A stretch of 64,000 bases of DNA from Candidatus Bathyarchaeota archaeon (GTDB lineage Archaea; Thermoproteota; Bathyarchaeia; TCS64): assembly GCA_963771885.1 (NCBI GenBank), contig CAVYVF010000023.1:544001-608000 (forward strand). The letters run 5' to 3'. Position numbers and translations under genes: made by a program. The notes below the pieces were generated by a model, which worked only from the letters and a program-made list of their open reading frames with translations, did no database searches and was not told where the DNA came from. This document shows, piece after piece, positions 9,988 to 18,987 of the stretch (its first letter is position 1; each line of letters begins with the position of its first letter).

Positions 9988-10470
9988 ATGTCGATTGAAG
10001 CAAGGTTGAGAGAGCTTGGCATATCACTCCCTGAGCCAACAAAGGCGCCGCCCACGTTTCGCCAGACCTTCCCGTTCGTGAGGGTTCACGGCGACAGGGC
10101 GTACGTATCGGGGCACGGACCAACTGGTCCAGATGGCTCAATTGTGAAGTATACCGGTAAGGTAGGCGCGGGGGTCACGCAGGACGACGCATATAAGGCT
10201 GCGCGCCTTACGGGTCTGGCCATCCTGTCCGACCTCAGGCAAGAGCTGGGTGACCTCGACAGGGTAGAGAAGTGGTTAAAAGTGCTTGGGCTGGTCAACG
10301 CTGCGCCAGGCTTCACGAACATGCCTGCCGTTGTGAACGGGTTCAGCGACCTCATCATCGAGGTCTGGGGAAAAGAGGCGGGCAGGCACGGGAGATCAGC
10401 AATAGGCGTGGCGGAACTACCCTTCGGAATACCCGTGGAAATAGAGGCAGAGGTTCTAATTCAGCCCTAG
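9988..10470 (+). CDS. RidA/YjgF/YER057c/UK114 family protein
   Basis: YVSGHGP, VVNGFSDL, GRHGRSAIGVAELP, VEIEAEV. Confidence 0.9.
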   Translation: MSIEARLRELGISLPEPTKAPPTFRQTFPFVRVHGDRAYVSGHGPTGPDGSIVKYTGKVGAGVTQDDAYKAARLTGLAILSDLRQELGDLDRVEKWLKVLGLVNAAPGFTNMPAVVNGFSDLIIEVWGKEAGRHGRSAIGVAELPFGIPVEIEAEVLIQP

Positions 10471-10742
10471 CCGCCAGCTGTAGGCTGCATTACAACTATC
10501 TCGTCCCCGTCCCTCAGCATTGTGCCGGGGCCGTCGATCATATCGATGTTCTTCCCGTTTACAAGCACTGCGAGGTCCTTGCCTCCGACCTGGAACTCGC
10601 CTAAGAAGCCCATACGCTGACCCGACTTCTCCCCTACCTTGTTTGTCACGGTTGATACGGTGGAGCCTTCTGGGACGTCGATCTCATGGCGCTTGCCGAT
10701 TATCTGAGAGACATCGCCGAAGACGCGTACGAGTATCTTCAT
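10467..10742 (-). CDS. moaD: MoaD/ThiS/SAMP ubiquitin-like sulfur carrier
   Basis: 91 aa beta-grasp pattern, VLVNG, LRDGDEI, C-terminal PTAGG. Confidence 0.88.
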   Translation of the reverse strand: MKILVRVFGDVSQIIGKRHEIDVPEGSTVSTVTNKVGEKSGQRMGFLGEFQVGGKDLAVLVNGKNIDMIDGPGTMLRDGDEIVVMQPTAGG

Positions 10743-11070
10743 TGATAAAAGCCCGGGGCTCGAGGAAAATAAGGGTTGAGAGGATTTCCGTTTCCTTTGA
10801 TGACACTTTACGTCGGAAAATGCATCGGTTCAAGTGAATTTCTAAACAAAAAAAAGGTCAGCGCGCGATCCCACTGGTGCCGTACTCACTCTATTTGGGT
10901 GTAGGATAAACTACAAATTTTCGCTGTGGAGAAGGCAACTCTACTACGAGGGCGTGAAATGGCTCTTGTTCTCGAATGAGGATGTACTCGACGCACTCGG
11001 AATCTTACACGGTTATCGTACCGCTGTTTCTATTTGCTTCACTCTGGGAGTTTTTCCCACTGTTAGGAGG

Positions 11071-12948
11071 TTATGCCCTCAGCTTCTTCATCTGTGGCTC
11101 ACAGTCGCCCAGCCCCATCTTGATGAGGGTCTTATTCGTCGGTATTCCACGCTCGTCCCAGCCTAGTGTGGCGAAGTAGGTTTGCAGTTTCTTGTCTACC
11201 TTCGCCTTGTCGGTAGTCTTGCCCTTGTACGGGCCGTTGGGTAGTGGTTCGTAGAAGCGTGGTGGGTTGTCGTCGTCCTTGATTGGCTCCCAAGTCACGT
11301 CGGGGCCGCCGAGCAGTAGTAGCACCTTCTGGAGGGTCACTATGCGTGGTCCGGTGACCCTACGCCAGCTCTCAAGTGTGATTGGGAACCCGGTTATTGC
11401 CTTGGCGAAGTCGATGACAAGGTCCTGTGGGACGCCGTTGTAGGCGAAGCTGCAGAAGACGCCGCAGTCCGCAAATATGCTCCCTGACATGTCCGTGTAG
11501 CCGTCGTAGACGAGGCTCGTATGGTCGCCACCCTGAACCGAAGCGGCGTAGCCGATGTCGTGAGCGAAGTCAGCGTCGCTACGCGTGCCGTGGGCGCCGA
11601 CCTCGATTCCCTTAACGACGATTGCGTACTTGAGGAGTTCCTCGGGCTTCATGCCCTTCATCTCAGCGATCTTCAAGGCGGCGCGGTAAGTACCCTCGGC
11701 GATGACGTCGCCGATGCCCTCTCTCTTCGCCACCATGCGCATGAGGCGATCGAATGCGTCAACGTTACCCCATTCCAGCTTGAAGCCGATGTCCTCCTCG
11801 GTGAGTATGCCCCTCTGGTAGAGCTCAGCCGCGTAGCTCATGGCGCTCATACCGTTGATGCCGGAGTGGCCGAGGAGGTCGCATAGGGTGCTCAGGTGCA
11901 CGATTTCGCCAGCGTCGAATATGCCGAAGTTGGTACCGCAGTGGCTCTCCAACTCGTAATCAGGCATGTCGGTGATGTCGCCCTTGAAGCGGCCCGATTT
12001 AATGCAGCTGACCTTCATGCAGTTTGTCGTGCAGTTAAAGTCGGTCCACTTCTTCTTGACCCAGAACCGGGTCTCAAACATGGGACCGCCGATGCTCCTC
12101 TCGTCATGCCACTCCTCCTGCCAGTTCCTTATGGGCTCGCTGCTCGTGTTGTTGCCGAAACTGTAGCCACCGTAGCCTGTACCCCATCGGCGGAACTGGG
12201 TACGGGCTATCAGGTGCTCGTGGGTCCTCTTCCAGATGAGCTTGGCCGCCTCGGGTGCGTTCGGCCTCGGCATCATGGCGCGCCCCTTGGCGACGATCGC
12301 CTTGAGGTTCTTCGACCCCATCACGGAGCCGTAGCCGCCGTAGCCGCAGGCGTGGCAGAGCTTCGTCATCACCGCGGCATTGCGGACCAGGTTCTCCCCC
12401 GCGGGGCCGATGTATATCTGCCCGGGCTCGCGCCACAGCCCGACGCTCGGCTTCCTCTTCGAGAAGTATGCGTCCGTCTCCCTGTTGAGAGCGATGAGGG
12501 TCTTCTCCCCGTCCAGCCCCCAGAGGTGTTTCGCCGACACGATCTCGCTGCCGTCGTTTGTGACCCTTATATAGACGGGCTCGTCCGCCCTTCCTGAGAC
12601 AATCACGCCGTCATAGCCGGCGCACTTGAGCTCGTGGGCGAACTCGGTGGATGCTGTGGAGCCGACTGTGCCGTTGCTCATGGGGCTCTTACCGGAGACG
12701 CATATTCTGCCCCCGGGGTAGATGCCCGTCATCGGCCCCGTGAGGGCGATGAGGAGGTTATCAGGGCTGAGGGCGTCGACCTTACTCCAGCGCTTCCCCA
12801 GTCTGTCCCAGAGTATTTTCGCGGCGAGCCCCCTGCCGCCGAAGAACATCTCAAGCGTCTCGTCACCGAAGATAATGTCCTTGATCTTCCCCCTCGTGAG
12901 GTCTACATCAAGAAACTTCCCCGCGTATCCGCCGGGCATGTCTTTCAC
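11071..12948 (-). CDS. WOR5/ASOR-like tungsten oxidoreductase large subunit, paralog 1 (alternative ATG start 12939)
   Basis: HACGYGGYGSVMGSKNLKA, SSEPIRNWQEEWHD, DFNCTTNCMK, SVQGGDHTS, KDDDNPPRFYEPLP match the Pyrococcus WOR5 clade of the AOR family. Confidence 0.9.
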   Translation of the reverse strand: MKDMPGGYAGKFLDVDLTRGKIKDIIFGDETLEMFFGGRGLAAKILWDRLGKRWSKVDALSPDNLLIALTGPMTGIYPGGRICVSGKSPMSNGTVGSTASTEFAHELKCAGYDGVIVSGRADEPVYIRVTNDGSEIVSAKHLWGLDGEKTLIALNRETDAYFSKRKPSVGLWREPGQIYIGPAGENLVRNAAVMTKLCHACGYGGYGSVMGSKNLKAIVAKGRAMMPRPNAPEAAKLIWKRTHEHLIARTQFRRWGTGYGGYSFGNNTSSEPIRNWQEEWHDERSIGGPMFETRFWVKKKWTDFNCTTNCMKVSCIKSGRFKGDITDMPDYELESHCGTNFGIFDAGEIVHLSTLCDLLGHSGINGMSAMSYAAELYQRGILTEEDIGFKLEWGNVDAFDRLMRMVAKREGIGDVIAEGTYRAALKIAEMKGMKPEELLKYAIVVKGIEVGAHGTRSDADFAHDIGYAASVQGGDHTSLVYDGYTDMSGSIFADCGVFCSFAYNGVPQDLVIDFAKAITGFPITLESWRRVTGPRIVTLQKVLLLLGGPDVTWEPIKDDDNPPRFYEPLPNGPYKGKTTDKAKVDKKLQTYFATLGWDERGIPTNKTLIKMGLGDCEPQMKKLRA

Positions 12949-12969
12949 TCCAAAAAATTTGAGGGAGTC

Positions 12970-14839
12970 CTACTCCCTGAACTTCTTCATCGTGGACTCG
13001 CAGTCGCTGAGCCCGAGCTTCTTCAGCGTCTCTTTGGTCGGGATGCCCCTAGCGTCCCAGCCGAGGGTGTTGAAGTAGGCCTGGAGCTTCTCATCCACCT
13101 TCTTGTGGTCGGTTGTCTTCCCCTTGAATGGGCCGGTTGGCAGCGGCTCGTAGAAGCGCGGAGGGTTGTCGTCGTCCTTGATGGGGTCCCAGGTCACGTC
13201 GGGGCCGCCCATGAGGAGGAGCACCTTCTGCAGGGTCACTATGCGAGGGCCGGTAACCTTGCGCCAGCTCTCGACTGTGATGGGGAAGCCCGTGATCCCC
13301 TTGGCGTAGTCGAAGGCGAGCACCTGCGGGACAGCGTAGTAGCAGAAGTTGCAGAAGACCGCGGAGTCGGTGAATACGTTTGTGCTCATCTCCGAGTACC
13401 CGTCGACAGCGACCGAGGTGTGGTCCCCACCCTGTACGCTCGCCGCGTAGGCGATGTCGTGCGTGTAGTCGGCGTCGCTGCGGGTCCCGTGGGCACCGAT
13501 CTCGATGCCTTTCACGTGGACGGCGTACTTGAGGAGCTCCTCTGGCTTCATCTTCTTCATCTTGGCGATCTTGACCGCCGCCCTGTAGGTGCCCTCGGCG
13601 AGTACGTCGCCTATCTTCTGCCTCTTGGCGATGAGCCAAGCGAGCTTTTCCATCGACTCGGCGTCGCCCCAGATCGGCTTGAAGCCGAAGTCCTTCTCCT
13701 TGAGTATGCCCCTCTGGTATAGCTCGGCGGCGAAGCCCATCGTGTTGGGACCGTTGATGCCGGAGTGCCCCAGTTTATCGATTATTGTGCTTATGTGAAT
13801 GGTGTCAGCGGCGTCGAATATGCCGAGGTTCGTGCCACAGTAGGCCTCGAGCTCGTAGTCGGGCATGTCGGTGATGTCGCCCTTCCACTTGCCCGACTTG
13901 ATACAGGTGACCTTCATGCAGTTTGTCGTGCAGTTGAAGTCAGCCCACTTCTTCTTGACCCAGAACTTGTTCTCGAACTTTGGGCCGCCCATGTTCTTCT
14001 CGTCGTGCCACTCCTCCTGCCAGTTCTTGACGGGCTCTGAGCTCGTGTCGGCCCCTACGGCGTAGCCGCCGTAGCCGGTACCCCAGCGGCGCATCCTCGT
14101 CTGGGCGATGAGGTACTCGTGCGTCCTCTTCCACATGACCTTGACCGCCTCGGGGGCATCGACTACTGGGAGCCTGCCCCTGCCCTTTGCGACGATCGCC
14201 TTCAGGTTCTTCGAGCCCATGAGGGCGCCGTAGCCTCCGTACCCAGCGGCGTGGCACACCTTCGTCATAACGGCGGCGTTGCGGACCATGTTCTCCCCTG
14301 CGGGGCCCGTGTAAATGATGCCGGGCTCCTTCCAGAGGCCAACGAGGGGTTTCTTCTTTGTCAGGTCTGCCGTGACCTCCTTGTTGAGGAGCTTTATCGT
14401 GTCCTCGCCAACAGTACCCCATAGGTGCTTCGCAGGCTTGATCTCGCCTCCGGTATTCGTGATCTGGATGTAGACGGGCTCGTCCGCCTTTCCCGTGACG
14501 ATGACGCCGTCGTAGCCCGCCATCTTGATCTCGGATGCGAACTCTGTCGAAGCGGTCGAGCCGACGACGCCGTTACTCGTCGGGCTCTTACCCGAGCACA
14601 TTATGCGTGCGCCAGGGTAGATCGCCGTCATCGGCCCAGTAAGGGCGAGGAAGATGTTCTCCGGATCGAGTGCGTCGATCTCCCCCCACTTCTTGCCAAT
14701 ACGGTCCCAGAGAATCTTCGACGCAAGACCCCTACCGCCGAAGTACATCTCAAGCGATCTCATCGTCAAACGTTGTGTCCTTTATCTTCCTCTTCGTGAG
14801 GTCGACGTCAAGGAACTTGCCCGCGTATCCTCCGGGCAT
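12970..14839 (-). CDS. WOR5/ASOR-like tungsten oxidoreductase large subunit, paralog 2, frameshift near 14757
   Basis: ATG at 14839 gives MPGGYAGKFLDVDLT directly after the ferredoxin stop; one extra base relative to paralog 1 (GAG ATCG CTT vs GAG ACG CTT); the rest is intact. Confidence 0.88.
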
Positions 14840-15361
14840 CTAGATTACCTCCTCGCCCTTCTCGCCGAAGAAGAAGACCGCGAGCTCCTTCGCCACCTCG
14901 AGCGGCGGCCTGCTGAACAGCTTCTTGTTAACGTTCGGCCCCTCGGGAACCACGGTCAATGCGTTATAACCCGCCTCGACGCAGACCTTTACGCACTCAG
15001 GGTCGCCGTTGCATAGGTTACAGATGACCGCCTTGTTTGTCTCGGGGTGCAGGTAGGGCACTTGGCCAGGGCACGCCCTGATGCAGCTGCCACAGCTTAT
15101 GCACTTCTCCTTATCCACTATGACCGCCGTCGTGACGGGGTCGACGCTCAGTGCCTTCGGGGCGCAGGACGCCACGCATGGGTAGTCATTGCACTGTGCG
15201 CAGAGGTGCGGCACCTCGACGCCAGGGAAGGGCATGAAAACCCTCACCATCGACGCCTCGGGGAACATCCACCCCTCCCACTTCATGCTGCATGCCAGCT
15301 CACAGCGCTTGCAACCACTGCAGGCGGCGTAGTCTCGGGCGATCCAGATCGGTTTGCTCAT
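14840..15361 (-). CDS. Polyferredoxin (4Fe-4S) small subunit, WOR5-S-like
   Basis: CSGCKRCELAC, CAQCNDYPCVASC, CISCGSCIRACP, CNLCNGDPECVKVC; GGTGA RBS before ATG 15361. Confidence 0.92.
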   Translation of the reverse strand: MSKPIWIARDYAACSGCKRCELACSMKWEGWMFPEASMVRVFMPFPGVEVPHLCAQCNDYPCVASCAPKALSVDPVTTAVIVDKEKCISCGSCIRACPGQVPYLHPETNKAVICNLCNGDPECVKVCVEAGYNALTVVPEGPNVNKKLFSRPPLEVAKELAVFFFGEKGEEVI

Positions 15362-15391
15362 TCGTTCACCAGAATAGGTACTCTGAGCCAA

Positions 15392-15412
15392 CGAAGCGAT
15401 AAAAAAGCTTCG
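15392..15412 (-). promoter_or_regulatory. BRE/TATA-like promoter bracketed by the inverted repeat CGAAGC-N9-GCTTCG
   Basis: Minus strand CGAAGCTTTTTTATCGCTTCG about 30-50 nt upstream of the ferredoxin start. Confidence 0.5.
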
Positions 15413-15511
15413 AAAAACAGGGGAACCCGCCGAAATACACAGTAAAACATATCGAATCGGGGAAAAACCGAGAAAAATGCCTGAAATTATCGAAAACGGT
15501 TTAAAACCCGG

Positions 15512-16443
15512 CTATATGACTACCGGTGCCCCTTTGAGCAATTTATCTGCAAATGACTCTATTATAAAACGCTTCGAGAGCCCAGAGACCAACCCGGCGG
15601 GTATCGCATCGACGCCGTAGTAGGCGCCTGCCAATTGTCCATAGACTGCTCCCACCGTATCCGCGTCGTCCCCGAGATTCACAGCGAGCAGGCAGCCCTC
15701 CTCGAATGTGCTCGTCTTGTTGAATGCCCACAGGGCGGCCTCAAGCGTCTTCACCGCCGTACCGAGGGCCTGTATATCGGGCGGCTCAGCCCCCCTGTAG
15801 GAGCCCCGTGCAACAACCGCGACCTCGGACGACAGAGGCGCTCTGCTCCATATTCCCCTAGCCGGTTCGTACATGTCGGTGAGGAGTCGTTCCTTTCTCT
15901 CTCCGATGAGCGCCCCCACAATAAGTGCACCAAGGTACCTGCACGAGTCAACAGCCGCAGGGGCGCCGTGAGTCGTCTTCGAGCTCAGCCCGGAGTACTT
16001 CACCGCATCTTCCGGATGGGCGTGGAAGAAGAGCGGGACGGGGGCGAGCCTCATCAGGCTCCCGTTGCTCGCCTTCGAGGGATCAGTCGGCCCAGAGTAG
16101 GGGTCTCCCGTGTCGAGGAACCTCTGCAGGCTCCACCTCGTCGTGTTGCCGATGTCGAAGCAGTTGCCGGTACAGCTCAGGTGACCCTCTCTCCACCATG
16201 CTATGTACCTCTCCGCCTGGTCACGTGGGTCGAAACCGAGCTTCTCGACGAGGCTCTCAGCGAGGCAGAGAGCAAGGCTCGTGTCATCCGTCCAGTCTCC
16301 CGCCCCGAGGTTGAATGGGCCGCCGCCCCGGTAGTCGGTTATCGGCGGGAAGCTGCCCCGGGGCTCGAACTCAACCGGAGCACCTAGGGCGTCCCCGACA
16401 GCCAATCCGAGGAGGCACCCCCTGAACCTGCTGAGAGATCCAT
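15512..16443 (-). CDS. ADP-ribosylglycohydrolase (DraG/ARH family); probable indel in the first codons
   Basis: GCLLGLAVGDALG, WTDDT, SNGSLMRLAP, TH, LGDDADTVGAVYGQLAGAYYG; ATG at 16443 is one base out of frame with SRFRGCLLG. Confidence 0.88.
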
Positions 16444-16482
16444 CGAGGAAAAGAGAGAATTTGGAAATAAAAGGAGGAGGGG

Positions 16483-18342
16483 CTACGCACGGAGCTTCTT
16501 CATGGAGGACTCAACATCGGCTAGATCCAGCCTCTTAAGCGTCTCTTTCGTGGGTACGCCGCGCTCATCCCAGCCCACCGCCTCGAAGTATGCCTGCAGC
16601 TTCTGGTCTGTGAGCTTCTTGTCGGTGGTCCTGCCCTTGTAGGGCCCCTCTGGGAGGGGCTCGTAGAAGCGCGGCGGGTTGTCGTCGTCCTTGAGTGGCT
16701 CCCACTTCATGTCTGGGCCACCGAGCAGGAGGAGCGCCCTCTGGAGGGTGACTATCCTTGGTCCGGTCTCCTTTCTCCACGACTCGACCGTAATCGGGAA
16801 GCCGGTGATGGCCTTGGCAAAGTCGAACTCTAACTCGCGTGTCGTCCTGCAGAAGTCGCAGAAGACGCCCGAGTCGGCGAAGACGGCGTCGCTCATGTCC
16901 GTGTAGCCGTCGCTGATCGTCGAGGTGTGGTCTCCTCCCTGAACGTTGCCTGCGTAGCTTGCGTCGTGGACGTAGTCGAGGTCACTGCGAGTGCCGTGGG
17001 CGCCGATCTCGATGCCCTTGACGTGGACGACGTACTTGAGCAGCTCTTCCTTCGGTAGCCCCTTCATCTCGGCGATCTTGATGGCTGCGCGGTATGTGCC
17101 CTCTGCGAGGACATCGCCTATGCCCTCACGTTTCGCCATCATCCACGCCAACTTCGTGAATGCGTCAGTGTCTCCCCACTTTAACTCGAAACCTATGTCC
17201 TTCTTGGTGAGTATCTTGCGCTGGTAGAGCTCCGCGGCGAATCCCATCGTGTTTGGGCCATTGATGCCGCTGTGGCCGAGGTTATCGATGAGGGCGCTCA
17301 TGTGTATGTTCTCGACTGGCTCGAAAATGCCGAGGTTGGTCCCGCAGTAGGCCTGCAGCTCGTAGTCTGGGAGGTCGGTTATATCCCCCTTCCACTTGCC
17401 GTTCTTTATGCAGCTTACCTTCATGCAGTTTGTGGTGCAGTTCCAGTCCGACCACTTCTTCTTGACCCAGTAGGCCTCGAAGCGTGGGCCGGCGTAGCTC
17501 TTCTCGTCATGCCATTCGGTCTGCCAGTTCTTGATCGGCTCGCTGCTTCTATCCGCTCCCACCGTGTAGCCGAGGTAGCCTGTACCATAGCGGCGCATCT
17601 CGCTGTTAGCGATGAGAATCTGGTGGGCCTTCTTCCAAAGGAGCTTCGCCGCCTCAGGCGCGTCTGGTGCAGGCATCTTTCCCCTGCCCTTGGCGACGAC
17701 GGCCTTGAGCTTCTTGCTGCCCATGAGGGCTCCATAACCACCGTAGCCCGCCGCATGACATATCTTGCTCATGACGCCGCTGTTTCGGACCATGTTCTCG
17801 CCAGCGGGGCCGATGTAGATGCTTCCCGGCTCACGCCAGATTCCGACGTTCGGCTTCTTCTTTCTCAGCGCTTCGGTGACTTCCCTGTTAAGTACCTTGA
17901 TGGTCTCCTCGCCGACTTTACCCCAAAGGTGCTCCGCGGGTCTGATCTCAGCACCTTCGTCTGTGATAAGGAGGTAGACAGGCTTCTCGGCCTTGCCGGA
18001 GAGTATGACGCCGTCGTATCCGGCGCAGCGCATCTCGTGTGCGAATTCGGTGGCTGCTGTTGATCCGACGGTGCCCATGCTTACCGGGCTCTTCCCGGAG
18101 ACGCATATTCTGCCACCCGGATAAATGCCCGTCATTGGGCCGCCGAGGACGATGAGCGGGCTCTCAGGCGCGTAGGGGTCGAGGCTGTCCCACTTCTTTC
18201 CGACGCGATCCCAGAGGATCTTCGCCGCGAGGCCCCTGCCTCCGAAGTACTGCTGGAGGATCTTGTCGTCGAAACTGATCTCCTTAACCTTCTCCTTGGT
18301 GAGGTCGATGTCGAGGAACTTGCCTGCGTATCCGCCGGGCAT
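16483..18342 (-). CDS. WOR5/ASOR-like tungsten oxidoreductase large subunit, paralog 3
   Basis: Same motifs as the other paralogs (HAAGYGGYG, DRSSEPIKNWQ, DWNCTTNCMK, PDYELQAY, DDDNPPRFYEPLP); intact ORF. Confidence 0.92.
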   Translation of the reverse strand: MPGGYAGKFLDIDLTKEKVKEISFDDKILQQYFGGRGLAAKILWDRVGKKWDSLDPYAPESPLIVLGGPMTGIYPGGRICVSGKSPVSMGTVGSTAATEFAHEMRCAGYDGVILSGKAEKPVYLLITDEGAEIRPAEHLWGKVGEETIKVLNREVTEALRKKKPNVGIWREPGSIYIGPAGENMVRNSGVMSKICHAAGYGGYGALMGSKKLKAVVAKGRGKMPAPDAPEAAKLLWKKAHQILIANSEMRRYGTGYLGYTVGADRSSEPIKNWQTEWHDEKSYAGPRFEAYWVKKKWSDWNCTTNCMKVSCIKNGKWKGDITDLPDYELQAYCGTNLGIFEPVENIHMSALIDNLGHSGINGPNTMGFAAELYQRKILTKKDIGFELKWGDTDAFTKLAWMMAKREGIGDVLAEGTYRAAIKIAEMKGLPKEELLKYVVHVKGIEIGAHGTRSDLDYVHDASYAGNVQGGDHTSTISDGYTDMSDAVFADSGVFCDFCRTTRELEFDFAKAITGFPITVESWRKETGPRIVTLQRALLLLGGPDMKWEPLKDDDNPPRFYEPLPEGPYKGRTTDKKLTDQKLQAYFEAVGWDERGVPTKETLKRLDLADVESSMKKLRA

Positions 18343-18343
18343 T

Positions 18344-18862
18344 TTAGATTACCTCCTCGCCCTTCTCGCCGAAGAAGTATACAGCAAGCTCCTTCGCCAC
18401 TTCTACCGGGTGCCTACTGAAGAGCTTCCTGTTGGGGCCTGGTCCCTCGTCTACGAGCATAAGGGCATTATAGCCGGCCTCCTTGCAGACCTTTACGCAC
18501 TCGGGGTCGCCGTTGCATAGGTTGCAGATGGTGGCTTTGTTCGTCTCTGGGTGGAGGATCGGCACGTTGCCGGGGCAAGCGCGTATGCAGTTGCCGCAAC
18601 TTGTGCACTTCTCCTTGTCCACGATGACTGCCTTCGTGTTTGGGTCTACTGAGAGGGCGACAGTGGGGCAGCTACCCACACATGGGTAGTCTGCACACTG
18701 TGCGCAGAGATGTGGTACCTCGACGCCGGGGAAGGGCATGAATACTCTGACCATAGACGCCTCGGGCCATATCCAACCCTCGAACTTCATGCTGCACGCT
18801 ATCTCGCACCGTTTGCAGCCGCTGCAGGCGGCGTAGTCGCGGGCGATCCAGATGTTTGCCAT
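18344..18862 (-). CDS. Polyferredoxin (4Fe-4S) small subunit, WOR5-S-like, second copy
   Basis: Four Cys motifs; very similar to 14840..15361, with identical end FFGEKGEEVI. Confidence 0.92.
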   Translation of the reverse strand: MANIWIARDYAACSGCKRCEIACSMKFEGWIWPEASMVRVFMPFPGVEVPHLCAQCADYPCVGSCPTVALSVDPNTKAVIVDKEKCTSCGNCIRACPGNVPILHPETNKATICNLCNGDPECVKVCKEAGYNALMLVDEGPGPNRKLFSRHPVEVAKELAVYFFGEKGEEVI

Positions 18863-18902
18863 TGAACCACTGATCTCTGAAAGACGATTGCCTCATAAAG
18901 AA

Positions 18903-18914
18903 CGCTTCGAAGCG
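18903..18914. promoter_or_regulatory. Perfect palindrome CGCTTCGAAGCG between divergent WOR5-S and DASS genes
   Basis: 12-bp palindrome adjacent to a TATA-like TCTTTATG on the minus strand. Confidence 0.4.
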
Positions 18915-18987
18915 CAATTTTGTGCATATCGCGTGTTTTCGGTCCGCAACCCGAAGGATTATTGAGAAACTAAGCGTCCCTTATTTC

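Noticed and set aside
12634..13722. Long antisense ORFs (e.g. 12634..13722, 17272..18063, 56442..57278)
   Set aside because: Shadow ORFs of GC-rich genes on the opposite strand, with no recognisable motifs
11071..18862. Repeated WOR blocks as an assembly duplication
   Set aside because: Copies differ by many synonymous and amino-acid changes, so they are true paralogs
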